From Syntrophobacterales bacterium (GTDB taxonomy: Bacteria; Desulfobacterota; Syntrophia; Syntrophales; UBA2192): a stretch of 64,000 nucleotides of DNA. Shown here piece after piece: positions 26,549-35,530 of the stretch (position 1 is its first letter; every line of letters starts with the position of its first letter). The notes under the pieces were generated by a model that made no database searches, had not been told where the DNA came from, and saw only the letters and a list, made by a program, of their open reading frames with translations. Location: positions 1,091 through 65,090 of the forward strand of contig JAGPKU010000003.1 of NCBI GenBank assembly GCA_018053845.1, given 5' to 3'. The translations under genes and the position numbers were made by a program.

Positions 26549-27559
26549 ATGAAGCACGATCGGATTCTTCTGGAGCACGGGGGCGGTGGGCTGCTGAGCC
26601 ACGAGCTGATCACGGAGGTCTTTCTGCCGCTGCTGAAAAACCCCTGCCTGGAGCGGCTCGAGGACAGCGCGGTGATGCGCGTGGGCGACCAGATGCTCTG
26701 CTTCACGACGGACTCCTACGTCATCGACCCGATCTTCTTCCCCGGCGGCGACATCGGCTCGCTCGCCGTTCACGGGACGGTCAACGATCTCTCCGTCTGC
26801 GGGGGCAAGCCCCTCGTCATGAGCGCGGGCTTCATCCTCGAGGAGGGCTTCCCCATGGAAGACCTGCGGCAGATCACCCGCTCCATGGCCGAAGCGGCGA
26901 AAAAGGCCGGCGTCGCCATCGTCACGGGCGACACGAAGGTGGTTGCCCGCGGGGCCGCCGACGGCCTTTTCATCAACACCTCCGGCATCGGCCTCATCGA
27001 GTACCCGGCACTCCTCTCCGTGAAAAGTATCGCGCCGGGGGACGCGGTCATCGTGAGCGGCACCATCGGCGATCACGGGGCCGCCGTCCTGAGCAAGCGA
27101 AGGGAGCTGGGGGTCATCTCGGAGGTCCGCTCCGACTCGGCCCCCCTGAACGGCCTCATCGGGGCGATCCTCGAGGCGAGCCCCAGCATCCACTGCATGC
27201 GCGACCCCACCCGGGGAGGCCTCGGGGCGATCCTGGCCGAGATCGCCGGGCAGTCAGGCTGCCTCATCGAGCTGCGCGAGAAGGACGTGCCCGTCCGGGA
27301 GGAGGTGCGTGGGATCTGCGAGATCCTGGGGTTCGATCCGCTCTTCCTCGCCAACGAGGGGAAGGTGGCGGTGTTCTGCGCCGGGGCGGACGCAGAGAAG
27401 GTCCTTGCGGTCATGAGGGCCCACGAGTACGGCAGGGATGCCGCCGTCATCGGCGCCGTGGGCGAGCGCGGGCGCGGGCGGCTGGTTCTGAGAACGGTCA
27501 TCGGAGGATCCCGCGAGGTGGATCTCCCCGTGGGCGAACTGGTCCCGCGGATCTGCTGA
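26549..27559 (+). CDS. hypE: hydrogenase maturation protein HypE
   Basis: AIR-synthase-like fold. The C-terminal ..PRIC is the HypE signature. Confidence 0.92.
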   Translation: MKHDRILLEHGGGGLLSHELITEVFLPLLKNPCLERLEDSAVMRVGDQMLCFTTDSYVIDPIFFPGGDIGSLAVHGTVNDLSVCGGKPLVMSAGFILEEGFPMEDLRQITRSMAEAAKKAGVAIVTGDTKVVARGAADGLFINTSGIGLIEYPALLSVKSIAPGDAVIVSGTIGDHGAAVLSKRRELGVISEVRSDSAPLNGLIGAILEASPSIHCMRDPTRGGLGAILAEIAGQSGCLIELREKDVPVREEVRGICEILGFDPLFLANEGKVAVFCAGADAEKVLAVMRAHEYGRDAAVIGAVGERGRGRLVLRTVIGGSREVDLPVGELVPRIC

Positions 27560-27628
27560 TTGAAGAGTCCCTTGACAGGCACGGCAGTCTGTGGCACGCA
27601 GAGGGGAAACCGTGCCATTGGAGGTTTT

Positions 27629-28045
27629 ATGTCCGAGATCATCCGATTCGGCGTGTCCCTCGAGAAGAGCCTGCTTCAGCGCTTCGACCGGCTCATCCGG
27701 GGCAAGAAGTACACGAACCGCTCCGAGGCCCTGCGGGACCTCATCCGGCAGGAGATGGTCAAGAAGGAGTGGGAAGAGGGTGGGGAGGTGGCCGGGGCCA
27801 TTACCTTCATTTACGATCACCACAAGCGCGACCTGCTCAACCGGATCATGGATCTGCAGCACGACTACCAGAAGATCATCATCTCGACGCAGCACATCCA
27901 CCTCGACCACGACAATTGCCTGGAGATCGTGGCCGTCAAGGGCACCGCCGGCGACGTGCTGGAGCTGGCCGACGCCCTGAAAGCGCTGCGGGGAGTGCGG
28001 CACGGCACGCTGAGCATGACGGGGATGGGGAAAGAGACGAAGTGA
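27629..28045 (+). CDS. nikR: nickel-responsive transcriptional regulator NikR
   Basis: Start MSEIIRFGVSLEK (ribbon-helix-helix). The C-terminal domain has ..HIHLDHDNCLE.. metal-site residues. 138 aa. Confidence 0.85.
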   Translation: MSEIIRFGVSLEKSLLQRFDRLIRGKKYTNRSEALRDLIRQEMVKKEWEEGGEVAGAITFIYDHHKRDLLNRIMDLQHDYQKIIISTQHIHLDHDNCLEIVAVKGTAGDVLELADALKALRGVRHGTLSMTGMGKETK

Positions 28046-28100
28046 AAACCCGGCCAGGAACGGGTCTTATTCTTGCGGCATCGGGCATGCCGGTGCATCT

Positions 28101-29314
28101 TTAGGGCGCATCCGCAGCTTCTCTCTTCGCATACAACCGCGACAGGGGCACGGCCGTGATCCCGTGCAAGAACACGCTGAGCAGCACCGTGAGCACGATG
28201 ACGGACAGCATGCGCTCGTAGCCCGGCACCCCGAGCGCGTCGACGACGACGATCAGGTACAGCACCGAGGCGAGGCCGCGCGGCCCGAACCAGCCGACGA
28301 AGGCCGTCGAGAACCTGGACAACCCGGTGCCCGCCAGGCTGACGGCGACCGGGATCATGCGGATGACCGTCAGGCTGAGGATCGCGTAGAGCCACGCCCG
28401 GCCGTCCCAGTGCACGAGCGCCTTGGGCACCAGGACCAGGCCGAACAGGAGGAACACGAGCAAGCCCAGCTGCTGGCCCTCGGCCTCGCCGAACTCATGG
28501 ATTCGCTCCCGCACGACCTCCGTGTGCACCCCCAGCATCAGACCGCCGAAGAACGCGGCGATGAAGCCGTTGCCGTGGAATTCCTCCGCCAGGGCAAAGG
28601 CCAGGATGGCCAGGGAGCACGCTGCCAGCCGCTGAAACGTCGGGTTCATCCACCCGATGTTGGATGCCTTCTCGACCAGTTTGCCGCCGAGCCACCCCAC
28701 CAGGGCGCCCAGAAGCGGTCCGAAGAGGAGCTGCTTGACGGTGAAGCCGATCCAGTAGGGGATGCCCGCCTTTTCGGTCGCCGTGGCGGAGAGCACCGCC
28801 ATGCAGGCCAGGATGGGGGCAGCGCCATCCCGTCGTTGAGCCCGCTTTCCACATTGATGGCCTGCTTGATCCGGTCCGGCACCCGAGGGCTCGTCACGAC
28901 CGGCTGCCCGAGGGCCGCATCCGTCGGGGAGAGAATGAGTGCCAGCAGGGCGATGGACCAGACGTTCATGTCGCCGAAAATCGGGACAGCCAATGCGATC
29001 CCGAAAACCATCGTCAGCGGCAGACCGAATGCGAGAAGCCTGAACGGCAGTCCTTTTTCCCGGATCAGCGACCGCAGGTCGATCGTGGATGCGTCAATGA
29101 AGAGGACCAGCACGAGCGTCAGCTCCACGATAACGCGCACGGCCGTCGAGGTGATGCCCATCTCCATCAGGTTCAAGCCCAGCGGACCTGCGAGGATGCC
29201 GACGCTGACAAACACCATGGCCGCAGAGACGGGCAGTCGCTCGGACAGGCGGGAGAACAGTCCGTAAACGAAGATGAGCAGTGCCGCGAAAATCAGGATC
29301 GGATACTCGTGCAT
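28101..29314 (-). pseudogene. CPA1-type Na+/H+ antiporter, interrupted by a frameshift at a G5 run
   Basis: ORF 28646..29314 is the N-terminal half and ends its sensible sequence at ..INVESGLNDGMALPP. ORF 28101..28802 is the C-terminal half (..ILACMAVLSATATEK..). The frames join if one G is added to G5 at 28815-28819. Confidence 0.7.
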
Positions 29315-29536
29315 GGGGACTCCCCCGGGGATGAGTCATTTCTGCTTCTGAGAAAAAGCGGCGAGAATGAGAGAACACCGGCCGTGCTGCCGGCATCACC
29401 TGCATGGCATCCTGTTAGCGTTGGACGGGCAATAGGTCAAGGGCAATTTTCACCCGGGACCGTCCTCGATTATTGCCTGGAAATCGCAGCGCAAAGTGAT
29501 GTAGGGTTCTTCCGACATTCTCTGAGGGGGAACGCC

Positions 29537-30307
29537 ATGCCCAAGATCCTTTTCTGCGGGAAAGGAGGGAGCGGGAAGAGCACGCTGCTGTCCCTTACGG
29601 CACTGTGCCTGAGCGAGACGCGCGACGTCCTCGTCGTCGACGCCGACGAGTCCAACCCGGGGCTCGCCCGGATGATGGGCCTCGCTCCGCCGCCCCAGAC
29701 GCTGATGGAGAGCCTGGGGGGCAAGACGGCCTTCCGCCGCTCCATGGGGAAAAAGGCGGACGCCTTCGGGCAGAAGGACAAGCCGGGCGATGCGCTGAAG
29801 TCCCTCGCATCCATTCCCGAGGCTGCCGCGAGCCGTTCGGGGCGGCTTGCCCTCGTCTCCGTCGGCAAGGTCGAGCATGCCCACGAGGGCTGTGCGTGCC
29901 CCATGGGGGTGCTCGCCAGAACCTTTATCAACGGGATTCCCGCCGGCCCTTCCCGGTGGGTCCTCGTGGACACCGAGGCCGGCGTGGAGCATTTCGGGCG
30001 CGGTCTCCTGGAGGGCGTAGATGCCGTTGTGGCCGTTCTCGACCCCTCCTACGACGCGCTCATGCTCGCGGGGAAGATCCGGGCCATGGCCGCCGAGGGC
30101 GGCAGGCGGCTCCACGTCGTGCTGAACAAGGCCGACGGGGAGACAGAAGCCCTCATGCGCGCCGAACTCGAAAAGCAGGGGTTCGGCGTCGCCTGCACCC
30201 TGCCGCATTCGCAGGAGATTGCGCGGGCGAATCTCCGCGGACTGCCGCTCGACGTGAATCCCTTCCGAAGTACCCTGCAGGCCCTCCTCGAGTCCCTCGG
30301 ATCGTAG
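29537..30307 (+). CDS. CooC/MinD-family P-loop ATPase, putative nickel-insertion accessory protein
   Basis: Start MPKILFCGKGGSGKST (deviant Walker A) lies inside ORF 29309..30307. The ..HEGCACPMG.. block resembles the CxC metal motif of CooC-type proteins. It sits directly upstream of the Ni/Co transporter. Confidence 0.65.
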   Translation: MPKILFCGKGGSGKSTLLSLTALCLSETRDVLVVDADESNPGLARMMGLAPPPQTLMESLGGKTAFRRSMGKKADAFGQKDKPGDALKSLASIPEAAASRSGRLALVSVGKVEHAHEGCACPMGVLARTFINGIPAGPSRWVLVDTEAGVEHFGRGLLEGVDAVVAVLDPSYDALMLAGKIRAMAAEGGRRLHVVLNKADGETEALMRAELEKQGFGVACTLPHSQEIARANLRGLPLDVNPFRSTLQALLESLGS

Positions 30308-30423
30308 AGGAACCACGCTTTTTCCCGGCAGAAAACCGTTGACAAAAGAAACCGCCTGTGCTACGGATTTCAGAAACGTGACACGGATGATTTCCTTCCG
30401 GACGGGCAGCGCCCTTCATTTTT

Positions 30424-30460
30424 TTGACCCGTTGGTAGCACGAAATTATAACAGGTAGCA
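30424..30460 (+). promoter_or_regulatory. candidate promoter/operator upstream of cbiM
   Basis: TTGACC (30424-30429), a 17-nt spacer, then TATAAC (30447-30452). The spacer holds GGTAGCACGAAA (30434-30445), and a second GGTAGCA lies 20 bp downstream (30454-30460). Confidence 0.4.
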
Positions 30461-30474
30461 TCGAAGGACCCTCC

Positions 30475-31173
30475 ATGCACCTACCCGACGGCTTTCTATC
30501 GACGACGACGTGGGTCTCCGCCTGGTCCGTATCGGCAGGCGGGCTCGGGTACTGCCTGAGGAGGGCAGCCCGTGAGATGCAGGATCGGATGGTGCCGCTC
30601 ATGGGTGTGCTGTCGGCCTTCGTCTTTGCGGCCCAGATGATCAACTTCCCCGTCATGGGGGGGACCTCGGGGCACTTGCTGGGCGGGGTCCTGACCGCCA
30701 TTCTCCTGGGGCCCTGGGCGGGGGCGTCCGTTATCGCCTGCGTGCTTATCTTCCAGTGCCTGGTCTTCCAGGACGGCGGGCTCACGGCTTTGGGGGCCAA
30801 TATCCTGAACATGGCTCTCGTGGGGACCGTCGGCGGCTATTTTCTCTACCGCTTTGTCGCAATACTCCGGGGCGGCCAGAGAAGCATCGTGACCGGCGCC
30901 ACCGCGGCCGCCTGGTTCTCCGTTGTCATTGCCGCTTCCCTTTGCGCCCTGGAGCTTGCCCTGTCGGGCACCTCGCCACTGGCACTCGTGCTGCCGGCCA
31001 TGGCCGCCGTGCACGCCGTCATCGGGATCGGCGAGGCCGTGATAACGGGCCTCATTGTGGCGTTCATCCTCAGGACGAGACCGGATCTGATCTACAAGGG
31101 CGAGAGTCTCGGGTCTCGGGTATCGGGTATCGAGTCGGAAGCGGCGGAGCGGCTCAGAGAGGTGACTCGATGA
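30475..31173 (+). CDS. cbiM: ECF-type Ni/Co transporter substrate-capture component CbiM/NikM
   Basis: N-terminal MHLPDGFL (CbiM/NikM metal-binding N-terminus) and ..FPVMGGTSGHLLGG... The C-terminal ~25 aa are encoded partly by a heptamer array. Confidence 0.88.
   Translation: MHLPDGFLSTTTWVSAWSVSAGGLGYCLRRAAREMQDRMVPLMGVLSAFVFAAQMINFPVMGGTSGHLLGGVLTAILLGPWAGASVIACVLIFQCLVFQDGGLTALGANILNMALVGTVGGYFLYRFVAILRGGQRSIVTGATAAAWFSVVIAASLCALELALSGTSPLALVLPAMAAVHAVIGIGEAVITGLIVAFILRTRPDLIYKGESLGSRVSGIESEAAERLREVTR
31106..31140 (+). repeat. tandem heptamer array inside the 3' end of cbiM (GTCTCGG GTCTCGG GTATCGG GTATCGA GTCGGAA)
   Basis: Read directly from the sequence. It is translated as ..SLGSRVSGIESE.. 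in the cbiM frame. No stop codons on either strand. Confidence 0.8.
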
Positions 31174-31460
31174 AGATGCGCGAAGCCCTCATCGGTCTGG
31201 CCGTCGCTCTTGCGATCGCCCTTTTTTTGTCGCCGTTCGCCTCGTCCCTGCCCGACGGGCTCGAGCGGGTGGCGAAGGATTCGGGGTTCATCGAGAAGGG
31301 GGAGGGGGCGGAGGTCCTGAAGGCCCCCATTGCCGATTACAAAATGCCCGGGCTGGACCATGAAGGTCTCTCCACGGCGGTCTCCGGCGCGGTGGGGACG
31401 CTCGCCATGTTCGGCGTCGGCTTCGGCGTAGCATGTCTGCTTCGGCGGAAGGGGCGGTGA
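31170..31460 (+). CDS. small membrane protein with PDGLE motif (CbiN/NikL-position component)
   Basis: ATG overlaps the cbiM stop (ATGA). 96 aa with two TM segments flanking ..SSLPDGLERVA... Confidence 0.65.
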   Translation: MKMREALIGLAVALAIALFLSPFASSLPDGLERVAKDSGFIEKGEGAEVLKAPIADYKMPGLDHEGLSTAVSGAVGTLAMFGVGFGVACLLRRKGR

Positions 31461-31461
31461 A

Positions 31462-32232
31462 GTGGAACACGGTTTTCTCGACGAAATGAGCCGCATCCCA
31501 AGCCCGATGCGCCGCCTCGATCCCCGCATCAAGGTGCTCGGGTTCGTGGCCCTTCTCCTGTCCGTCGTCCTGACGCCGGGCGCCTCGCCTGCGCCCTTCG
31601 TGCTTTACGCGGCGATCTTGGCCGTCCTTGTCGCCCTGTCGCGTCTCCCCGTGGATCACGTCTTCGAGCGCACGCTGGTCATCTTGCCTTTTGCCGTGAT
31701 GACGGCCCTCTTCATTCCATTCCTGAAAGGCACAGAGGTCCTGTGGTCCTTCGATGCGGGCCCTTTACACATAGTGCTCGCCCGGGAAGGGCTCGAGATG
31801 TTCGCCGTCATCGTCGTGAAATCCTTTCTCTCGATTCTCTGCGTCGTCCTCCTGACGGCGACGACGGGTTTCCCGGAGCTGCTGAGGGCTCTCGAGCGGC
31901 TTCGCTGCCCCAGTCTTGTCATCCTGATCCTTTCCTTCATGTACCGCTACCTCTTCGTCGTGCAGGACGAGTTCATGAAGATGAGGCTTGCCAAGGAGTC
32001 CCGCTCAGCGGGCCGTTCCCGCCGCATGGACTGGAAGGCCCTGTCGGGCATGGCGGGCGTCCTTTTCGTTCGATCCTACGAGAGGGCCGAGGCCGTCTAC
32101 CTGGCCATGTGCTCCAGGGGGTATTGCGGGCGAATCGTCGTGAGCCATGATTTCCGGCTGAAAACAGCCGATGCAGCCTTTGCGGTCCTGCTGGCCGCAA
32201 CGCTGGTTGTTATCAACCTGTATGCTTGGTAA
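31462..32232 (+). CDS. cbiQ: ECF transporter transmembrane (T) component CbiQ
   Basis: 256-aa polytopic protein with ..RRLDPRIKVLGF.. start and ..ERAEAVYLAMCSRGY.. block, typical of CbiQ/EcfT. Confidence 0.8.
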   Translation: MEHGFLDEMSRIPSPMRRLDPRIKVLGFVALLLSVVLTPGASPAPFVLYAAILAVLVALSRLPVDHVFERTLVILPFAVMTALFIPFLKGTEVLWSFDAGPLHIVLAREGLEMFAVIVVKSFLSILCVVLLTATTGFPELLRALERLRCPSLVILILSFMYRYLFVVQDEFMKMRLAKESRSAGRSRRMDWKALSGMAGVLFVRSYERAEAVYLAMCSRGYCGRIVVSHDFRLKTADAAFAVLLAATLVVINLYAW

Positions 32233-32271
32233 ACATTGCGCCCCGCTGCATGCGGGGCTTATTTCGTGGCG

Positions 32272-33003
32272 ATGGAAATGGAAAACCCGCTCATAGAGAT
32301 CAGAGACCTTCGCTTTGCCTACCCCGACGGGACGAGGGCGCTCCAGGGCGTGACCCTCGAGGTCGGCAGGGGGGAGACGATCGGGCTCATCGGCTCGAAC
32401 GGTGCCGGGAAATCCACGCTGCTGCTTCACCTCAACGGGATCCTGCGGGGTGAGGGTCGGGTGCGCATCCTGGGAATGGAGGCGACGGAGAAGAACCTGC
32501 CCGAGCTCAGGCGCCGCGTGGGCATGGTCTTCCAAGACCCCGAAAACCAGCTTTTCATGCCCACCGTCTACGACGATGTGGGGTTTGGGCCCCTTCACCT
32601 GGGCCGGCCGAAAGGGGAGGTGGACGACGCGGTGCGCAGGGCCCTTGCGGCCGTGGACATGCTGGCCTTCATCGAGCGCACACCCCATCACCTGAGCATC
32701 GGCGAGAAGAAGCGGATCGCCATCGCCACGGTTCTCTCCATGGACCCGGAGATCCTTGTTCTCGACGAGCCTTCGAGCAACCTGGATCCGCGCCATCGCC
32801 GCGAGCTGATGACGCTGCTGGAAAGGCTTTCCATCACGAAGATCATCGCCTCCCACGACCTCGATTTCATCTCCCGGACCTGCAGCCGCGTGGCCCTGCT
32901 CGACGCAGGGGTCATCCTGGCGTCGGGCGGCACGGCGGCCATCCTTGGCGACCGCGCGCTCATGGGGCGCTTCGGCATGCTCGACCCGCCGGCGACAACC
33001 TGA
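32272..33003 (+). CDS. cbiO: ECF transporter ATPase CbiO
   Basis: Start MEMENPLIEIRDL. Walker A GSNGAGKST, signature LSIGEKKR and Walker B LVLDEP are present. Confidence 0.88.
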   Translation: MEMENPLIEIRDLRFAYPDGTRALQGVTLEVGRGETIGLIGSNGAGKSTLLLHLNGILRGEGRVRILGMEATEKNLPELRRRVGMVFQDPENQLFMPTVYDDVGFGPLHLGRPKGEVDDAVRRALAAVDMLAFIERTPHHLSIGEKKRIAIATVLSMDPEILVLDEPSSNLDPRHRRELMTLLERLSITKIIASHDLDFISRTCSRVALLDAGVILASGGTAAILGDRALMGRFGMLDPPATT

Positions 33004-33027
33004 GCGAGTACGGAGAGAGGAATTTTT

Positions 33028-33057
33028 TTGAACCTGTCGGTAGCACGAAACTAATTT
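33028..33057 (+). promoter_or_regulatory. candidate promoter/operator upstream of the TonB-dependent receptor
   Basis: TTGAAC (33028-33033), an 18-nt spacer, then TAATTT. The spacer holds the same 12-mer GGTAGCACGAAA (33039-33050) as the cbiM promoter. Confidence 0.4.
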
Positions 33058-33100
33058 TTGTATGTTTGAGTGCCTGTGTATTCATTCGGAGGGATCATTC

Positions 33101-35059
33101 ATGGCCAGGTCATTCCTGTTCGCAATTCTCCTCTTCATCGCACTCGCTGCATGGATTCCCGCTTGTCCGGCTGCGGATGGCGAGGAGAAAAAGCCCGTCC
33201 GGATGGACGAGGTTGTCGTGACGGCCCCGCCCATCATCGAGGGGAACCGGGTGAGCGACTTCGGCAGCTCCTCGACGGTCGTCACGAAGGAGCAGATCGA
33301 GGCCCTCAACGCCCAGGACCTTCCCTCGGCCCTGCGACTCACCCCCGGCGTCGTCATCTCCCGCCACAATCCCGTCGGCAGCTTCGGCGGTGGCGAGGGG
33401 GGCGCCATCTACATCCGGGGCATGGGAAGCTCGAGGCCGGGGGCGGAAATCCAGACCCTCGTCGACGGCGTCCCGAAGTTCGTCAGCGTCTGGAGCCACC
33501 CCCTGATGGACACCCTGAGCATCGATCCCGTGGAGCGCATCGAGGTCTACAAGGGGGCCCAGCCCCTGCTCTACGGCAACGGGGCCTTCGGCGCCGTGAA
33601 CATGGTCACCAAGCGCCAGCTCGAAGAGGGCTTCACCACCCGGCTTCAGGGGGCCTACGGCTCCTACAACACCCTCGTCGAGGTAGCCGAGCACGGCGGA
33701 AAGATCAAGGACACGGATTACTACCTGGTCCAGAGCTTCCGGAGCTCCAGCGGCCACCGGGATAACGCCGGCGGCCAGCTCCAGGACTACTTCGGCCGGG
33801 TGGGCCAGCAGCTCACGGGCAACTGGTACTTCTCGCTGACGGCCAACGGGACAAGCAACTACGCCAACGACCCCGGCCCCGAGGGAAGGCCGCGTGAGGC
33901 CCAGGGAACCTACGAGGTGGACGACCAGATGACCGTGGCCACGCTGGCGCATTCCTATTCCCGGGCGAAGGGAGACGTCAAGGCCTACTGGAACGGCGGC
34001 AAGGCAAGCTGGGTCAACCAGTACGACCTGACGAGCCTCTTCTATTACGACACGATCACCCGCTACGACAACTACGGCGTCCGCGCCCGCGAGAACCTGA
34101 CGCCTTGGACCGGTGCGAACCTGCTGGCGGGCCTCGACCTGGACTTCATCAGCGGCAAGGTCGACATCGACAGGGCCACGCCCCGGCCCGACTCGACCTT
34201 CCCGTGGGAGGCCTTCCGGATCCTCTCCCCCTACACCGGGGTCTCCCAGGAGATTCCCCTCGGCTGCGGCTGGACGCTCGTCCCCTCGGGGGGCATCCGA
34301 TACTACAGCCACAGCGACTTCGATGAGCAGTGGGCCCCCCAGGCGGGCCTGGTTCTGCGCAACCCCGACACGGACCTCCACGCTTCCTACGGCCGGGGTG
34401 TCAGCTACCCGGGCATCTTCGTCGCCGCCCAGTCCAACCTCTTCTGGGGCGGCAATACGCGCTGGAAGGACCTCGACCCGGAGACGGTAGACCACATCGA
34501 GGCCGGAATCGCCCACTCGTTCACCCCCCGGATCCGGGCCGACGTGACCTTCTTCCACGACAGGGGGCAGAACCGGTTCATCCTGGTGACGGTCCCTGCG
34601 CCTCCGCACTACGAAAACATCGCCGAGTTCCGGATCCAGGGAGTGGAAGCCACTCTGACCTGGGCGCCGACAAACGAATTCACGACCTTCGTGGGCGGGA
34701 CCTGGATCCCGGACCGGGCCCCAGACAACCTTCCCTACTGCCCGGACTGGTCCCTTTCGGCGGGGATGAATGTCCGCTTCCTCGAGCGGTTCCGCCTGAG
34801 CCTCGATGCCCTCTGGCAGGCCCGACAGTACGTGGCCAACACGCGCGTGGCCAACTACGGCGGCTCGAGCATCGCCGAGGTCGGAGGGTTCTTCCTGCTG
34901 AACGGAAAGCTCAGCTGGGAGTTCAAGATGCAGTCTCCCCGGATGACGGGAGAAATCTTCCTGGCGGGGGAGAACCTGGCGGACCAGGACTACGCCTACA
35001 AGAAGGACTACCCCATGCCGGGGATGACCGGGATGGTCGGGCTGAATCTCAAATTCTGA
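33101..35059 (+). CDS. TonB-dependent outer-membrane receptor
   Basis: Start MARSFLF with a signal peptide. It has a TonB-box/plug region (..DEVVVTAP..) and a beta-barrel ending in the aromatic terminus ..GLNLKF. Confidence 0.85.
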   Translation: MARSFLFAILLFIALAAWIPACPAADGEEKKPVRMDEVVVTAPPIIEGNRVSDFGSSSTVVTKEQIEALNAQDLPSALRLTPGVVISRHNPVGSFGGGEGGAIYIRGMGSSRPGAEIQTLVDGVPKFVSVWSHPLMDTLSIDPVERIEVYKGAQPLLYGNGAFGAVNMVTKRQLEEGFTTRLQGAYGSYNTLVEVAEHGGKIKDTDYYLVQSFRSSSGHRDNAGGQLQDYFGRVGQQLTGNWYFSLTANGTSNYANDPGPEGRPREAQGTYEVDDQMTVATLAHSYSRAKGDVKAYWNGGKASWVNQYDLTSLFYYDTITRYDNYGVRARENLTPWTGANLLAGLDLDFISGKVDIDRATPRPDSTFPWEAFRILSPYTGVSQEIPLGCGWTLVPSGGIRYYSHSDFDEQWAPQAGLVLRNPDTDLHASYGRGVSYPGIFVAAQSNLFWGGNTRWKDLDPETVDHIEAGIAHSFTPRIRADVTFFHDRGQNRFILVTVPAPPHYENIAEFRIQGVEATLTWAPTNEFTTFVGGTWIPDRAPDNLPYCPDWSLSAGMNVRFLERFRLSLDALWQARQYVANTRVANYGGSSIAEVGGFFLLNGKLSWEFKMQSPRMTGEIFLAGENLADQDYAYKKDYPMPGMTGMVGLNLKF

Positions 35060-35075
35060 TGTTCGGGAGAGAACT

Positions 35076-35516
35076 ATGACGACGCAGAGGATTGTTCTGG
35101 CAGGGCTGGTCCTGCTTGTTCTTGCGGCCATGCCGGTTTCGGGGCTGGCGCACGAGGAGCAGAAACCGGAGACGGCGAACGCAGCAGTGGAGGCGAACAG
35201 GCCCTTCGTGTTCGTCCTTCCCGCCGATGCGCCCCCCTACACGATGATCATGGGACCTCCACGGACCGTCACCATGCGATCCGGCCTCGTGACGCTCGCC
35301 CCAGGGAAGGACGTGGGCCGCCACTCCACGGAAAAGAACGAGGAGATGCTCGTCATCCTCGAAGGGCAGGGGGAGGTGGAACTGGAAGGTTTCGGGCGCC
35401 TGAAGATCGTCGCCGGCCGGACCGCCTATGTCCCGCCGAAGACCCGCCACAACGTCTTCAACACGGGAACGGGACCGCTCAAGTATATCTTCATCGTTGC
35501 GAGGGCCGTGGAATAA
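35076..35516 (+). CDS. secreted cupin-domain protein
   Basis: Signal peptide ..PVSGLA-HEEQK. The cupin motifs are ..GKDVGRHSTEKNEEMLVILEG.. and ..AYVPPKTRHNVFN... Confidence 0.7.
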   Translation: MTTQRIVLAGLVLLVLAAMPVSGLAHEEQKPETANAAVEANRPFVFVLPADAPPYTMIMGPPRTVTMRSGLVTLAPGKDVGRHSTEKNEEMLVILEGQGEVELEGFGRLKIVAGRTAYVPPKTRHNVFNTGTGPLKYIFIVARAVE

Positions 35517-35530
35517 GGGGATGTGATCGG

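Noticed and set aside
30353-30474. Cobalamin or NiCo riboswitch upstream of cbiM
   Set aside because: Only about 22 nt separate the candidate -10 from the ATG. I saw no B12-box or conserved riboswitch core in the 120 nt upstream.
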